In this document: positions 12,618 through 25,586 of the stretch, in pieces
Layout of the letters: the number at the start of each line of letters is the position of its first letter
How positions within the stretch are numbered: the first letter of the stretch is position 1
NCBI GenBank assembly: GCA_030390025.1
Contig: CM059432.1
Span: 66,838,001 to 66,902,000 of the forward strand
Source: Squalus acanthias
Taxonomy: Eukaryota
DNA length: 64,000 nt
Direction of reading: 5' to 3'
Translations under genes and position numbers: made by a program
Notes under the pieces: generated by a model
The model's database searches: none
What the model was told of the DNA's origin: nothing
Seen by the model: the letters and a program-made list of their open reading frames with translations, nothing else

Positions 12618-14628
12618 TAATGTTTGGACAGCAAGGGCAGAAGTGTCCACAATTGTCAAAACATTAAAATAATTCTACTACACATTGATAAAAAAAGATG
12701 CCCAGAGGGGTCCAAAGGACCATCTGCACACTTTTTAAATGTGCTGGTCACACCAGACTGAAGTTATGTTTCAACCTCCTGTGTCAACCCTTGTGGTGTA
12801 ATACAGCCTTGCTGAAGGATTTTCACACCACTTGCCTTCAGTATACTCTGACTTCCTGAGTGGAATGTGACTCCGGAGTTATGCTGCCACTTTTGCATTG
12901 ATGTACAATGGAAACTGTGTTGTCACAGAAGTGGCAATATAACGTCACCTTGATTTATGGCTGTTTCCTAAATTCTTGTTTGGATTTAACTCCAACAGCA
13001 AGACCAGGGGATACAAAATGCTATTTTCCCTAACTATTACTTCAAATAATGTAGTTTTGGTATGATTTTTGAGTAAATTGATATATTATTCCAGCGATTG
13101 TAGTATGTTTTGTTGCCACAATTCCCTACATGCTTGCAGTTCCAATCACAGTCCAACTATTAAATAGAGATGCTTTCTCACAGCGAGAGAAAAAGTATCT
13201 GTCCCCAATCACCTCCCAAGAACTTTCTAGCCATCAGTTACAAAATGAAAATAAGTTAACAAGTTTGACAGGGTTTAGTACCAATTGCATTTCATGTTTC
13301 AATGGATTTTTAGTCTTTATCAATCCAAAGGGGAAGGAGGAAATATTGCCATTATAATTATGTGAAGGTTTAACCAATTGAGTCAAATTATTGAGTTATA
13401 AATTTGGCATGCCTTAGGGCATTTGTTAATATCAATAAAGTCAAATATTATGAGACTGTATATTAATAATCAGTTTTATAACATTCTACTTGACAGAGGA
13501 TAATTGAAAACTGCATATTTGAGAAGTTTCAGTAAATCTAAATTTGTAAACCAAATTAACCCAAGTTCTCATTCAACATAATAAGCACACTAAGGCAGTA
13601 TTGTAACTCCAAATTTAAAATATAGCACTGGCTCACTTCCAAGTAGGGGTGCATTATCAGCAGCTTTTATTTATTTTACTTTATGTAGATCAGTAAGTTT
13701 CTTTTCCAGACTGTACTAAATATAGGTTAGTTGGATTGTTAAACTTCAAATCCAAGATCTTCTGAACAGTTCCATTTCAAGCCTGCCAAAGCAGGGTAAT
13801 CTCTACTTCTATAACCGATATATAGATTTCTAATTATGTTCAAAGGTTTCATTATCTACATCTCAAATCATCTCCTGGCATGATCACAACCAGAATACTG
13901 AGGTGCACTCAGATGAAATAATTTGTCCTGTGGGTACATGGAGCACATGACCCTGCAATGGGTCGCTACTGCTTCACAAGCGAAACAGGAGCAGCTTTCA
14001 TTTTATTTGCTTTATTTTTGACAAAAGAGCCCACATAATATTTTTTCCTGTTGTATACAATCCAGAATGTTGTGCTTGACCTGTTTTGAAGCGGCACAAG
14101 GCAAAGTTTAACATGGAAATCAGAAAACAGCCGTAAAATAGATTTTTTAAATGGTCTATTTCTTGTTAAATCGCAGTTTGTTTATAAATTGCTACTCATG
14201 ACTTCTTGCGAAATGTATCAGTAAATCTAGGCATTGATGCATGAATTCCACGGGCAAAAACATCATCTGATTTAAGATCAGACACGACCTGACGGTTTGG
14301 AACAGTAACGTTTTATGCATGGGCTGTCCCAAATCCTTATATTACTTAAAGAGGATTTTATATTGAAACTACAATTGTTCGTTTCAGACATCTGACTAAA
14401 AACAACAAAGGGTCGCCCTATCTTGCTCTTAATGCCAATGAACAAAGTGCGTGTGTTTTTATTTTTGTCCCTATTATTATGGGCGGAATGATCCATACTT
14501 CTCCACGTACTCAAATATGATAATCCGGGTTTAAAGTCTGTCATTGCTAGATTAGCGTTGGGAGGTGGAGGAGGAATCCGCGTGTACAGACACACACGCA
14601 CTCAGGCACCTACCCGTTCTCTTCTTAC

Positions 14629-14887
14629 CTATTGGCTTGTCCAGCCTTGGGACAAACACGGCTTTTTCTTTAGTGAAGTGCTTGTAGTCCTGGTCCAAGG
14701 CATATAAAGTGTTGTATCGTTTGGCTATGTTCCTGCCCCCGTGGTTGCTGTCTCCCACGCCTTTTAAGATGAGGTCGAGAGGGGATTTTTTCACTTTCTG
14801 CCTCGATTCTGCTCCGCCTTCAGAGTGACCTGCAGTGACCAACAAAAAGACGATGCCCAGCAAAGTGTGCCATTTCCGTCGGCCCAT
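14629..14887 (-). CDS. ALKAL1: ALK and LTK ligand 1 (FAM150A/augmentor-beta-like), coding exon 1 with signal peptide
   Basis: ATG at 14887 gives MGRRKWHTLLGIVFLLVTAGHSEG (signal-peptide-like) ...PRLDKPI, ending at donor AG|GTAAGA. 259 nt, phase 1, in frame with the exon at 6366. Confidence 0.8.
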
Positions 14888-16700
14888 CTCTAGATAAAAG
14901 AGAGATCGAGAGAAGGTGAACATTCCTTTCAGAAGCCTTTGGAGTGCCAGGACAACCACGAATTCTCTCTAATGCTGCCAGACAGACTGCTGACCGAAAA
15001 GTGCTTCAATCTTGCCCAGGGGGTTTAAGTGAGCGCGGGCAGCAAGCACAGCGCTATTGCAAAGTGGACGGCTTGTTTTACAGAAGGCTCATTAGATCAA
15101 ATCTAAACCTTCTCATCACGCGATGCGGAGGTGTCACAAGGACAACTCAATCTCCACATTCCTGAGTTTTATCCCGTTCTACATCATGCGAACTATCGCT
15201 CTGGCCCTTCCTTAACATTTGTTTCGTTCCAGGTTTAATATCTTGTTAGGTCACATTTATAGACATGGATTAGGAAAGGTATTGCCAAAGCAGCACATTG
15301 CAATCCAGGCTTTAGTTCAGATCTACTTTGCACACATCACTGGATCCATTTAGCAAGCGGGAGGAGGTTTTCGGGTTTAGAAACACATGCAAAAACAACG
15401 CAGAATTTAGACGGGAAATTACTATCATTTTGGATGTTTACATTTGTTGAATAAAACGAGTGTGTATTTCTCTATATAACTTTGTAAAAAGAGTTCTAAC
15501 GCTGTTTTAATAATTCGCTCAAAAATAATGCATTTTATGAAGTAGCTCCAAATATTTTAGAAATTAAATTAAAAGCTCCACCGATCAAAGTTTCGTCAAA
15601 ACACCTTGCAGGTGTTTTGCGATATAAACACCTAGCCGAGTATTTCACACTGTCCTTGGAATCGCTGTAAAATGATATCACTGGCTCACCTGAACAAATG
15701 ATTGTCTTCGCGCTACTTTTAAATTTGCTCCGATGAAGAATGAAAAGACTTAAAAATGTGTTCCAGTATGTTCAAATGTCTCTTTTTCACTAAGTAGAGC
15801 TAATGGTTCAAAGTAAAATGCACAATGTTCTGCTTGCATCCATACACCAGACTTATATACGCGGAGCAAGTGTTAGTTCAATATGACACTATCGACTTTA
15901 GGTGGGTGGCAGGCAATGAAAACATCTCCTGGTAATCTCTCGTCAGAAGTTCCCGCTGGCACTCCGCCTCTTTCTCCCGGTGGACTGTAATTGAAGTCCA
16001 TCAATTAGGATCGTTCTGGAGTCTTCTGAAAATTGAGATTTCCCCAAGAGCAGGAAATGCCTGTCTAGTTATTTGCAAATCTGGTCATCAGTGGCTGTGC
16101 CATGCTGTGCTCGGATTATGTTCACAATTTTGGGATTCCCTCAAAGCTGCTGACGTCAAGGATTGTCTGGTGGAGCCAGCAGAGCTTTCGTTTTACTCAG
16201 TCACTTAACACACGCGAACATTTTGCAAACAGTAAAGGACGGGCGCTAAATAAGGAAAATGTGCCCTGGATTTATGAAATTGTACTTTACTTCATTTAAA
16301 GCGGTCCTTGTTAAATCGCAGTACTTAAGGTTTAAATCTTCAGGGCAGTACATTCTTCCATCTGTTAGGTTTATCGTCCGAACAACGCGAGTGCTGATGC
16401 TGAGTAATTTTAGGCGTTCAGTCCCACGAATGGTATCTGTCCTCTCCTGAAATTCCAGCCTTGAGTAAGTTCGTGGTGCAAACATTTATGAAAGTTGTTG
16501 TTGTAAATTAACTTATTAATGGCCTGTGAAAACCAGCTGTAGCTGCCTGCTGCCTTGCACTTCCACTGAATAGCAAGTGCTTCTCAAGCAACAGCAACTT
16601 TGCCTTCCAGCAGCGGAGCCAGTCGAGTTCAGAAAGGGAGCAGAACAGCTGCAGAGTACAGGCAAAGGGTTTCAATTGTGCGCTTGTCAACCTCGGTCAA
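14888..16700 (-). promoter_or_regulatory. Probable 5' UTR and promoter region of ALKAL1
   Basis: TE-free, relatively CpG-rich unique sequence just upstream of exon 1. TATA-like TTAAA near 15024-15028 (minus) and a perfect CRE palindrome TGACGTCA at 16151-16158. TSS not determinable. Confidence 0.45.
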
Positions 16701-16816
16701 GACTACAGTGGTAGGCGAGAGGGAGCAGGAGGAAAAATGTGAAAAAAAACCCTGGAGATGGGTCCATATAGCAGGTGTACAAAGAGGAGCCCCTGGTACC
16801 CAAGCAACAGACACAC

Positions 16817-18557
16817 TGGGGGGAATTTTTCGGGGGGTCAGTGGGCTGGTCGGGTGGGAATTTATTTTTGACAACCCGCCTCCACACTAGTTTCCCAGAT
16901 GTTGGGTCTGTCATCGCTGAACAGACCCGACACCAAGCAGCGGGGGAGGCAATTTAGATTATTAAGAGGTTGTTAACAGGCACTTCAAAACTATTTTAAA
17001 CTCACCTTTAGATTTTAAGAGTTTGCCCACGGCTTCCCCGCTGCTCGGGGATCACGTCAGGTAAGGAGGTCGGGAGTTGTGTCAGCATGGGATGATTTCT
17101 TAACTTGACAGTTGCCAATCTTCTATAAAAGCTCCCATTTCATAGCTGTTCACTTTCCAAGGTTAGAAGCTGTTGCTTAATGCATTTGCAAGACAGGTTG
17201 AGCTTTATGTAGTTTGCAAGTGTTTGGAGCAAACTCTGTATCCAGCGACACCTCATTGGAACAACATATCTCATCATTGACAGATCGCTTCTGTCATCTC
17301 AACTTCACCTGCCATCTATTCCATCAGCATCATTGCCCTTGAAACTATCTCACCTTGATCCTCAGAATCCCACCACGATCAGCCCCAAAACCAGCAGCAC
17401 CAGGCACACCAGCAGCACTAACAACAACACCAACCTTCTCTGCAATCAACTGATGCTGCACAGGACACAGGGCATCAGCACCCAACCACATTGCTGCCCG
17501 GGAGGCCAGGGATGGCCTCACCATGGCCAGATTTACTTAATTTGTCGCTGTGCACCCTGGCTGCCACATGATGCGCCAGGTTGACAGCACCCCACACCAG
17601 CACCATAAAGCATTCCTACAATGCCCAAGCCATTCCTTTCACACTCATGACTATTGTGGGGGGTACCATTATGTTTCACCATTCACTGCAACTCACTAAG
17701 CCACTTCCAAAGGTGCACACAAATCTGTCCAAGAACACAAAGTGTGGAAAATAAAGATTTCAATGTTTGACAGCACATTACCATGAACTTCAAATGAACA
17801 TTGGCTAAAACACCCAAGTGCCTACCCTTGTGTGTTGTTACTTAGCATGATTGGACTAGGATGAGGGTGAGTGTGAGGGGTGGCTAGTGAGATGGGGATG
17901 TGATAATGTAGATAAATAGGGATGGGTGGAGGTACAAGTTAAGTTGGTGTGAGTAAGGATGTGCAGGAGTTGGGTTGGGAAGGCAGAGTGATGGGGATAT
18001 GATGAGAGGCACAGCAGGATGAGGTTGAGTATGGCTTTGCAATAACCTTTCGTGATCTACTGAGATCATTGAAAGGTTTGCGCCACTGCACCTGGTCCTC
18101 CTAACGACATCCCTGCTTGTGTGTAATGTGCAACTAGGCTGCGTTGATCTCCTGGGGAGGTCTCTTCTGCCCATGTGAAGGGAAGAGAACCTCCCTGTGT
18201 GCTGTGACTCCCTCCATAAGCATATGGAGGGAGTCATGGGAGAGCCTGGATGCAGCCGTGCACCTCTGTGCAGTGCTTGTCAGTGTTTGCAGCACCTCAA
18301 TGCTGTAGAACACTGACAGCACAACTGTCAAAATCAATTTGCACATGGTCCCTTTAAGGAAACCAGCTGATGACGCATCATCAAGTGATGTCATCAGACC
18401 CGCTTCCTTCAATTGGCCGGGAAATGCGCTGGGCGGGCTTAACAAGCCCAATCTGCATAAGATCACTTTGGACAGCGGGCTGGAGCCAGCAGCGGGGTCG
18501 CACCCCGCCACCGACCCCGGCTGCACCGGACCCACCGAGGTAGGCAAAATCGCGGCC
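16817..18557. mobile_element. Internally deleted Harbinger transposon with Myb/SANT-like remnant (minus, ~18030-18250)
   Basis: Right end aaaatcgcggcc; minus strand gives SHDSLHMLMEGVTAHREVLFPSHGQKRPPQEINAA and SRDVVRRT; ~17100-17470 resembles the Harbinger at 28007. Left boundary approximate. Confidence 0.6.
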
Positions 18558-18569
18558 ACTGCGATTGAG

Positions 18570-19856
18570 TGAGCTACCTGAACCTCTGCTTGAGCACAGA
18601 GCTTGGAGATAGAGCCGGGTGAGTTGCAATCAGAGTGGATCACAAGCAGAGTGGATGAATTTGGTGTTAGTAGAAAATTAGTAGTGAGAAGGAAGGTGGT
18701 TTCTCATGTCCAACTCAAAAGGAGGAGTGGAGCCACAGAACCCAAGGATTCCAAGTTAAGTATCTAGATATCTAATATTTAGGTTCTTTGTCTTTAGTAT
18801 CTCAGTGGTTCTTGTTAAATTTGAGTAAATAATTTTGACTTTTTTCTCTCTAAGTTAAGGCAGTGGGTTAAACAAAGAAGTTTAGTTAGTAGTCTAACAA
18901 ATAGAAGCATGACAGGGCACCTCAGTCCCATCAAATGCACATCTTGTGCCATGTGGGAAGTCCAGGATGCTTCTCATGTCCTGGCCAACCACGTGTGTAG
19001 GAAGTGTTGTCAGCTGGAGGAGCTCGAGTTCTGGGTTTCGGAGCTTGAGCAGCAGCTGGTGTCACCGTGATGCATCCATGAGGCTGAGAGCTATATGGAT
19101 AGCACTTTCAGGAGGTGGTCACCCAGGAGCGTAAGAGTGTGCAGACAGAGAGGGAATGGGTGACCGCCAGACAGAAAAGGAGGACCAGGCAGGTAGTGCA
19201 GGAGGGCGAGGGTGAGGGCGATGGTTCCTCTGGGGAGTACAGCCAGAGCCAAGTCCATGGCACCAGGGGTGGCTCAGCTGTACAAGGGGGGAGGAGGAAG
19301 TTTGGGAAAGCAATAGTGATAGGGGATTCGATAGTTAAGGGAACAGACAGGTGTTTCTGCGGCCGCAGATGCGATTCCAGGATGGTATGTTGCCTCGCTG
19401 GTGCCAGGGTCAAGGATGTCACTGAGCGGCTGCAGGACATTCTGAGGGGGGGAGGGTGAACAGCCAGAGGTCGTGGTCAAAATTCTTACAGGGCTTGACA
19501 GGGTAGATGCAGGGAGGATGTTTCCCCTGGCTGGGGAGTCTAGAACTGGGGGGGTCACAGTCTCAGAATAAAGGGTCGGCCATTTAGGACTGAGATGAGG
19601 AGAAATGTCTTCACTCAGAGGGTGGTGAATCTTTGGAATTCTCTACCCCAGAGGGCTGTGGAGGCTCAGTCGTTGAGTATATTCAAGACAGAGAGCGATA
19701 GATTTTTGAATATTAAGGGAATCAAGGGATATGGGGATCAGGTAAGAAGGTGGAGTTGAGGTAGAAGATCAGCCATGATCTTATTGAATGGCAGAGCAGG
19801 CTCGAAGTGCCAAATGGCCTACTCCTGCTCTTATTTCTTATGTTCTTACGTTCTTA
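18570..19856 (+). mobile_element. Internally deleted CR1: 5' UTR + ORF1 (Zn finger, coiled coil, SGNH esterase) joined to the 3' end
   Basis: CTSCAMWE...CRKC and AIVIGDSIVKGTDRCFCG...MVCCLAGARVKDV, then a jump at ~19480 to the ORF2 C-terminus, 3' UTR and (tgttctta)n-type tail. Confidence 0.88.
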
Positions 19857-19932
19857 GATCCAGTTATACTCCTGGGTGCCACTACCATATAAGTAGATTT
19901 AGGATAGTGTGAGTCAACTCTCATAAAAATAT

Positions 19933-20210
19933 GGACGTGACTGCTGCCAACGAACCGGAAGCTGCGTAGAAGCATTCTGCGCATGCGCGCTTCTGGTTCG
20001 TTACAGGAGCGGGCTCGTTAAAAAAAGTTTTAAAAAGCCGGGAAGGTAGCGGGCTCCTTAAAAAAAATTTAAAAAGCTGGGAAGGGAAGAGGCTTGTTAA
20101 AAATAATTTTAAAAGCCAGGGACGGAGCAGGCTCGATTTTAAAAAAGCAGAAACATCATGCTTACGGTCGTTGGAGCTTCTGCTTCCGGTCATTGCCAGC
20201 AGTCACTCCC
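19933..20210. mobile_element. ~280 bp MITE with ~29-bp TIRs and internal ~40-bp tandem repeats
   Basis: gtgactgctgccaacgaaccggaagc versus gcttccggtcattgccagcagtcac; ~3.5 repeat units at 20005-20148. Confidence 0.7.
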
Positions 20211-20234
20211 TAAAATAAAATAATTTAAAAAAAA

Positions 20235-21295
20235 TTTGTTATGCGTCGCTGGCAAGGCCAGCATTTATTGCCCGTCCCTAGTTGCTCTTGAGAAGGTGGT
20301 GGTGAGCCACCTTCTTGAACCGCTGCAGTCCGTGTGGCGAAGGTACTCCCACAGTACTGTTAGAGAGGGAGTTCCAGGATTTTGACCCAGCGACGATGAA
20401 GGATCGGCGATATACTTCCAAGTCAGGATGGTGTGTGACTTGGAGGGGAACTTGGAGGTGATGGTGTTCCCATGTGCCTGCTGCCCTTGTTCTTCTAGAT
20501 GGTAGAGGTTGCAGGTTTGGGAGGTGCTGCCGAAGAAGCCTTGGTGAGTTGCTACGGTGCATCTTGTAGATGATACACACTGCAGCCACGGTGTGCCGGT
20601 GGTGGAGGGAGTGAATGTTTAAGGTGGTGGATGGGGTGCCAATCAAGCGGGCTGCTTTGTCCTGGATGGTGTCGAGCTTCTTAGTGTTGTTGGAGCTGCA
20701 CTCATGCAGGCAAGTGGAGAGTATTCCATCACACTCCTGACTTGTGCCTTGTAAATGGTGGAAAGGCTTTGGGGAGTCTGGAGGTGAGACACTTGCCGCA
20801 GAATACTCAGCCTCTGACCTGCTCTTGTTGCCACAGTATTTATGTGGCTGGTCCAGTTAAGTTTCTGGTCAATGATGACCCCCAGGCTATTGATGGTGAG
20901 GGATTCGGCGATGGTAATGCCGTTGAATGTCAAGGGGCGGTGGTTAGATGCTCGCCTGTTGGAGATGGTCATTGTCTGGCACTTGTGTGGTGCGAATGTT
21001 ACCTGTCACTTATCAGCCCAGGCCTGAATGTCGTCCAGGTCTTCCTGCATGCGGGCATGGACTGCTTCATTATCTGAGGAGTTGCGAATGGCACTGAACA
21101 CTGCGCAGTGATCAGCGAACATCCCCACTCCTGACCTTATGATGGAGAGAAGGTCATTGATGAAGCAGCTGAAGATGGTTGGGCCTAGGACACTGCCCTG
21201 AGGAACTCCTGCAGCAATATCCTAGGGCTGTGATAATTAACCTCCAACCTCCACAACCATCTTCCTTTATGCGAGGTATGACTTCAGCCAATGGC
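20235..21295 (-). mobile_element. 5'-truncated non-LTR retrotransposon (CR1/L2 group, same family as 41555-44795)
   Basis: RT C-terminus IYKAQVRSVMEYSPLA, HSLHHRHTVAAVC and a 3' end shared with the 41555 copy. Confidence 0.88.
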
Positions 21296-21379
21296 TGTGA
21301 CCTCATAGAATCATAGAATCATAGAATGGTTACAGCACAGAAGGAGACCATTCGGCCGGTCGAGCCTGTGACCTGTTAC

Positions 21380-22260
21380 ATGAAGACCTAGAGCCTCACT
21401 CATATGCCTGAATTGCTCTCTCTGTGGCAATGAAGGTCACTACTGCCCTCAATTTTTATGGCTCAGACTCATTTCAGGCAGCCACAAGGGATCTGTGCAA
21501 CATAAGCAAGTGAGCAGTAAGGGTGTGCATATGCCAGGTCACTGGCACCCTTTACTGCACAGCAGCCCAGTTCAGAGGCTTTGGGATTACAGCGAGGCAG
21601 CAGAAAGAATGGGCCATATACTTCTATGGGGTTGCTAGCTTCCTCAAGGTACAGGGTAAAATCAATGGCTCCCACATCGCATCACTTACTGAACAAGAAG
21701 AAATTATACTGTAGATGTACAGATACTTTGAGACATTACTCAGAGGATTATCCATGTCAACCCCGATATGCAGGAATTTGCCAGGACACCTTCATTCTCC
21801 AGCATTCAGCCCTCCCTAACCTCTTCAGAGAAGAAAACCACATCAATGATGGCTTCTGGGCGACAAGACATGCCTTGCTGCCATGACGGATGACCCTAAT
21901 CTGAGTGATGCCAACAAAAATAGAGGAGTGGTACAATGAGGCACATGCAGTTAGCAGTCTGGTGATAGAGAGAACCATCATGGGGTTGAAAATCCAGTTT
22001 CACTGCCTAGATAGCTTGAGAGGGAATCTGCATAATGGTGCAGATCATGTCTCCAGATAATGATAGCCGTCTGAGAACTTCACCGTTCACGAATGGCTGC
22101 AGATTGACATGGCTGAGGAGGAGGCGCTGGCTCCGATGGATCCTGAGCTGCAAAGAACAGACCAGCTGACAGCTGCAAGGGGCATCAGAGGACAGATAAT
22201 CTTGGATGTTTTCACCTCTGCTTCTACCTTTGACACTCCACTGGACTTCCTTTTCCCCCA
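21380..22260 (+). pseudogene. Degenerate Harbinger (HARBI1-like DDE) transposase
   Basis: [52 protein letters not shown]; many stops and frameshifts. Confidence 0.7.
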
Positions 22261-22839
22261 CTTACAAATAAAGAGCCATTTCCTCAATCCTGCAACATGA
22301 AAACACATCAGCCCTCTTAGCCTCAATATAACCATGCCGATAATCATTACCTGAGTAATAAACTAGTGCACTAGTGCAAGATACTGCCAACCTCACCATG
22401 ACCAATGGCAAGAGTCGAGTGAGTGCCCATGAGCTCCACGGCCTTATCCTCAAAGGGGGTGAGACGTTTGAAAATGGGATACCCGCTCCGATGGCCTGCC
22501 CTTGGCAGTCTTCATGTGCCAATTTGACATGCAAGACGATAAAGTAAATGGGGGTAAGGCTAGCATTTGAGGAGTGTATGCCAAGTGGCATGAGAGAGGT
22601 GAAGTAAGAGATGTGGGGTTACGAGGTTGTTAAAGTGTTGCAGAAGAGGTTGCCAAGATGTTACAAAGAGAGCTCAACAATGGCCTGCACCTGGGTAATT
22701 ACTTACAAATAAAATTTATTTCAGACAAATTCAATATACTGTGTATATTAAAAATAAAAAAATAGGAAGCATATGTACTCCATAGAAGTTGCCAAGAAAT
22801 AAATCAAAATAGACAAAGGAGTGCTAATTGACTCATTGC

Positions 22840-23500
22840 CCACAATGTCTGAACAATGTGAGGCAACAATAAACAAAATAAATAGTATCCTGGATTACAC
22901 GGACAAATCAGTTTAGTTCAAATCCCCACAAGTCATGCTGAAGCTGTACAGTGCATGGTCAGACTGCACCTAGAGTACTGTGTTCTGGTCTGATCACCGC
23001 AACATAAGGGAGGCATCCAGGTCCAAAAAGGCAGTGCAAGGGAAAGCAATGAAGCTGTTCCCTGGTGTCAGAGAGATGAGCTAGGAGGAACTATTTGATA
23101 AGCTAGGGCTAATCAGCCTCAAAAAGAGACATCTCAGAGGGGATCTTACAAAGGTATATGACAGGAAATTTTCTGATTGTGTGCTCCTGGTGCGGAACTT
23201 TGTCCACTGGGTGTGCATATCATGCATGCCTAGCCATTAATTTCTATCCATTCATTTTAATTAAGTACACTAAGTCATATGACTTCTCCTTTGAATTTGA
23301 GATGTCACTGTTACAATTAGAGCTTGATACTTAATGGGATAGAGAAAATAAGCTCAAAATAATACTTTCATGTATGTCAAAACAGCAGGACAAGAGAATA
23401 TGTTGAAGGTTATGAAGGACAAATTTAGGTCAGGAAATATCTCTTTACACGGAGAACAATGAATGGCTGGAATAAGTCCCCGGGAAGAGTGGTTGAAGAT
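22840..23500 (+). mobile_element. Old CR1 3' fragments
   Basis: atggtcagactgcacctagagtactgtg and agagacatctcagaggggatct match the degenerate CR1 ORF2 C-terminus. Confidence 0.6.
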
Positions 23501-24331
23501 ACTGGCCCTGAAAATGTGCAAGCCAGCAATCCCAGCACTTATGCTGATATCATGCCTTTAGGGAAACTCCACCACTGATCCTGATGAACTTTTCGGGATC
23601 AGAGGGAGGGTTCCTAATTTGCCGGCAAATGGACAGTGACTTTGCCAACAATAGCATATCTTGGGTGCCTGGCACATTTGAGGACATGGACAGTCCAGTG
23701 GAGGAGTACCAGGCCCTGGGGGGTGGGGCTGCTGGATCTGCCCTGGCAGAATTTTCTAAATGCTCGCTGTGACCCCCTTTGTAAAAGAGTCACCTTAAAA
23801 TCTGCAGAAAGAAAATCCCACCCTAGACCCCAGGTGTTCCCTACTTCTGCCCGTGTTCAGGAGGTATACCTGACCTGGCATATCACTCCCAACCATATAG
23901 CAGATCCCAACAAAGGCCAAATGCACAGGAGCACTGATGTTCAGAGTCCCCCCTCCCCCCGCCCAACTGCCTTCTCCCCCAACCCTACCCCTTATGCTGA
24001 TGGCTATATTTTGGGGGGACTGAGGCTCCACCCTAGCAGGCCATCTTGGGCTACTTTGGCATTAAGCCAAGATCCGACATATCCAAGCCTTGGCCTAATT
24101 TCTGGCTGTTCCAGCATAGTCTTGCCAAAGATATGGTAGCTCTGGATGCCTGCTCAAAATGCAAAGCCAGAAATGTCACACTTTCTGTAGTTTACACAGC
24201 ACTGGGTTACATTGTGCTCATTAGTGGCCACATCCTACAGGCAAAAACATTAGAGCTCAACAATGGAAGAAGGAACAGAAAATGCTGGAAATACTCAGCA
24301 GGTCAGGCAGCATCTGTGGAGAGAGAAACAG

Positions 24332-24368
24332 AGTTAACGTTTCAGGTCGATGACCCTTCGTCAGAACT
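24332..24368 (-). ncRNA. Minimal type I hammerhead ribozyme motif (Penelope)
   Basis: AGTT-CTGACGA-A-GGGTC atc GACCT-GAAACGTT-AACT: core boxes, stems I and II, palindromic stem III AACGTT. Confidence 0.75.
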
Positions 24369-25549
24369 GGAAAAAGCTGGAGATGGAACAGGTTTTTAAG
24401 CAAGTGCAGGGGCAGGGAAAGGGGGGAGGGGAGGAAAGAACAAAAGGGAAGGTCTGTGATAGGATGGAAGGCAGGAGAGATTAAGAGACAAAAGGGATGA
24501 TGGTGCAAGGCAAAAGGAGATGGTAATGGGACAAGTTAAGAAGCAAAAGATGACTCTAGATGAAGTGGAAATGGCACTGGCAGAATGAAAGACAGCTGTC
24601 ATGTGAGAGAGAGAGAAAAAAATGGAATAAAAAGGATAGGGGCAGAGGTTATGGTCTGAAATTGTTGAACTCGATGTTGAGTCCAGAAGGCTGTAAAATG
24701 CCTAATCGAAAGATGAAGTGCTGTTCCTTGAGCTTACGTTGAGCTTCATTGGAACAGTGTAAGAGGCCGAGGACGGTGAGGTCTGAATGGGAGTGGAGCG
24801 GAGAATTAAAGTGACAGGCGACCAGAAGCTCGGGGTCACCCTTACGGACTGAACGGAGGTGTTCCACAAAGCGGTCACCCAACCTGCGTTTGGTCTCCCC
24901 AATGTAGAGGAGACCACATCGTCAGCAGCGAATACAGTATACTAAATTGAAAGAAGTACAAGTAAATCACTGTTTCACCTGGAAGGAGTGTTTGGGGCCC
25001 TGGACAGTGGGAAGGGAGGAGGTTAAAGGGCATGTGTTGCATCTCCTGCGCTTGCACGGGAAGGTACCGGGCGAAGGGGAAGGGGTGTTGGGGGTGATAG
25101 AGGAGTGGACCAGGGTGTTGTGGAGGGAGTCATTCAGACCTCACTGTCCTCGGCCTCTTACACTGTTCCAATGAAGCTCAACGTAAGCTCGAGGAACAGC
25201 ACCTCATCTTTCAATTAGGCACTTTACAGTCTTCTGGACTCAACATAGAGTTCAACAATTTCAGACCATAACCTCTGCCCCTATCCTTTTTTTCCATTTT
25301 TTTTCTCTCTCTCACATGGCAGCTGTCGATCATTCTGCCATTGCCATTTACACTTCAGCTAGAGCCATCTTTTGTTTCTTAACTTGTCCCATTACCATCT
25401 CCTTTTGCCTTGCACCATCATCCCTTTTGTCTCTTAATCTCTCCTGCCTTCCATCCTATCACAGACCTTCCCTTTTGTTCTTTCCTCCCCTCCCCCCTTT
25501 CCCTGCCCCGACACTTGCTTAAAAACCTGTTCCATCTCCAGCTTTTTCC

Positions 25550-25586
25550 AGTTCTGATGAAGGGTCATCGACCTGAAACATTAACT
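25550..25586 (+). ncRNA. Minimal hammerhead ribozyme motif, stem III mutated
   Basis: AGTT-CTGATGA-A-GGGTC atc GACCT-GAAACATT-AACT. Confidence 0.65.

Noticed and set aside
20005..20148. CRISPR-like array
   Set aside because: Tandem units without unique spacers, inside a eukaryotic MITE, with no cas genes.
21380..22260. Domesticated HARBI1 or NAIF1-like host genes (also 38700-39030, 50850-52130, 61713-61880)
   Set aside because: All copies have stops or frameshifts and lie in TE context.
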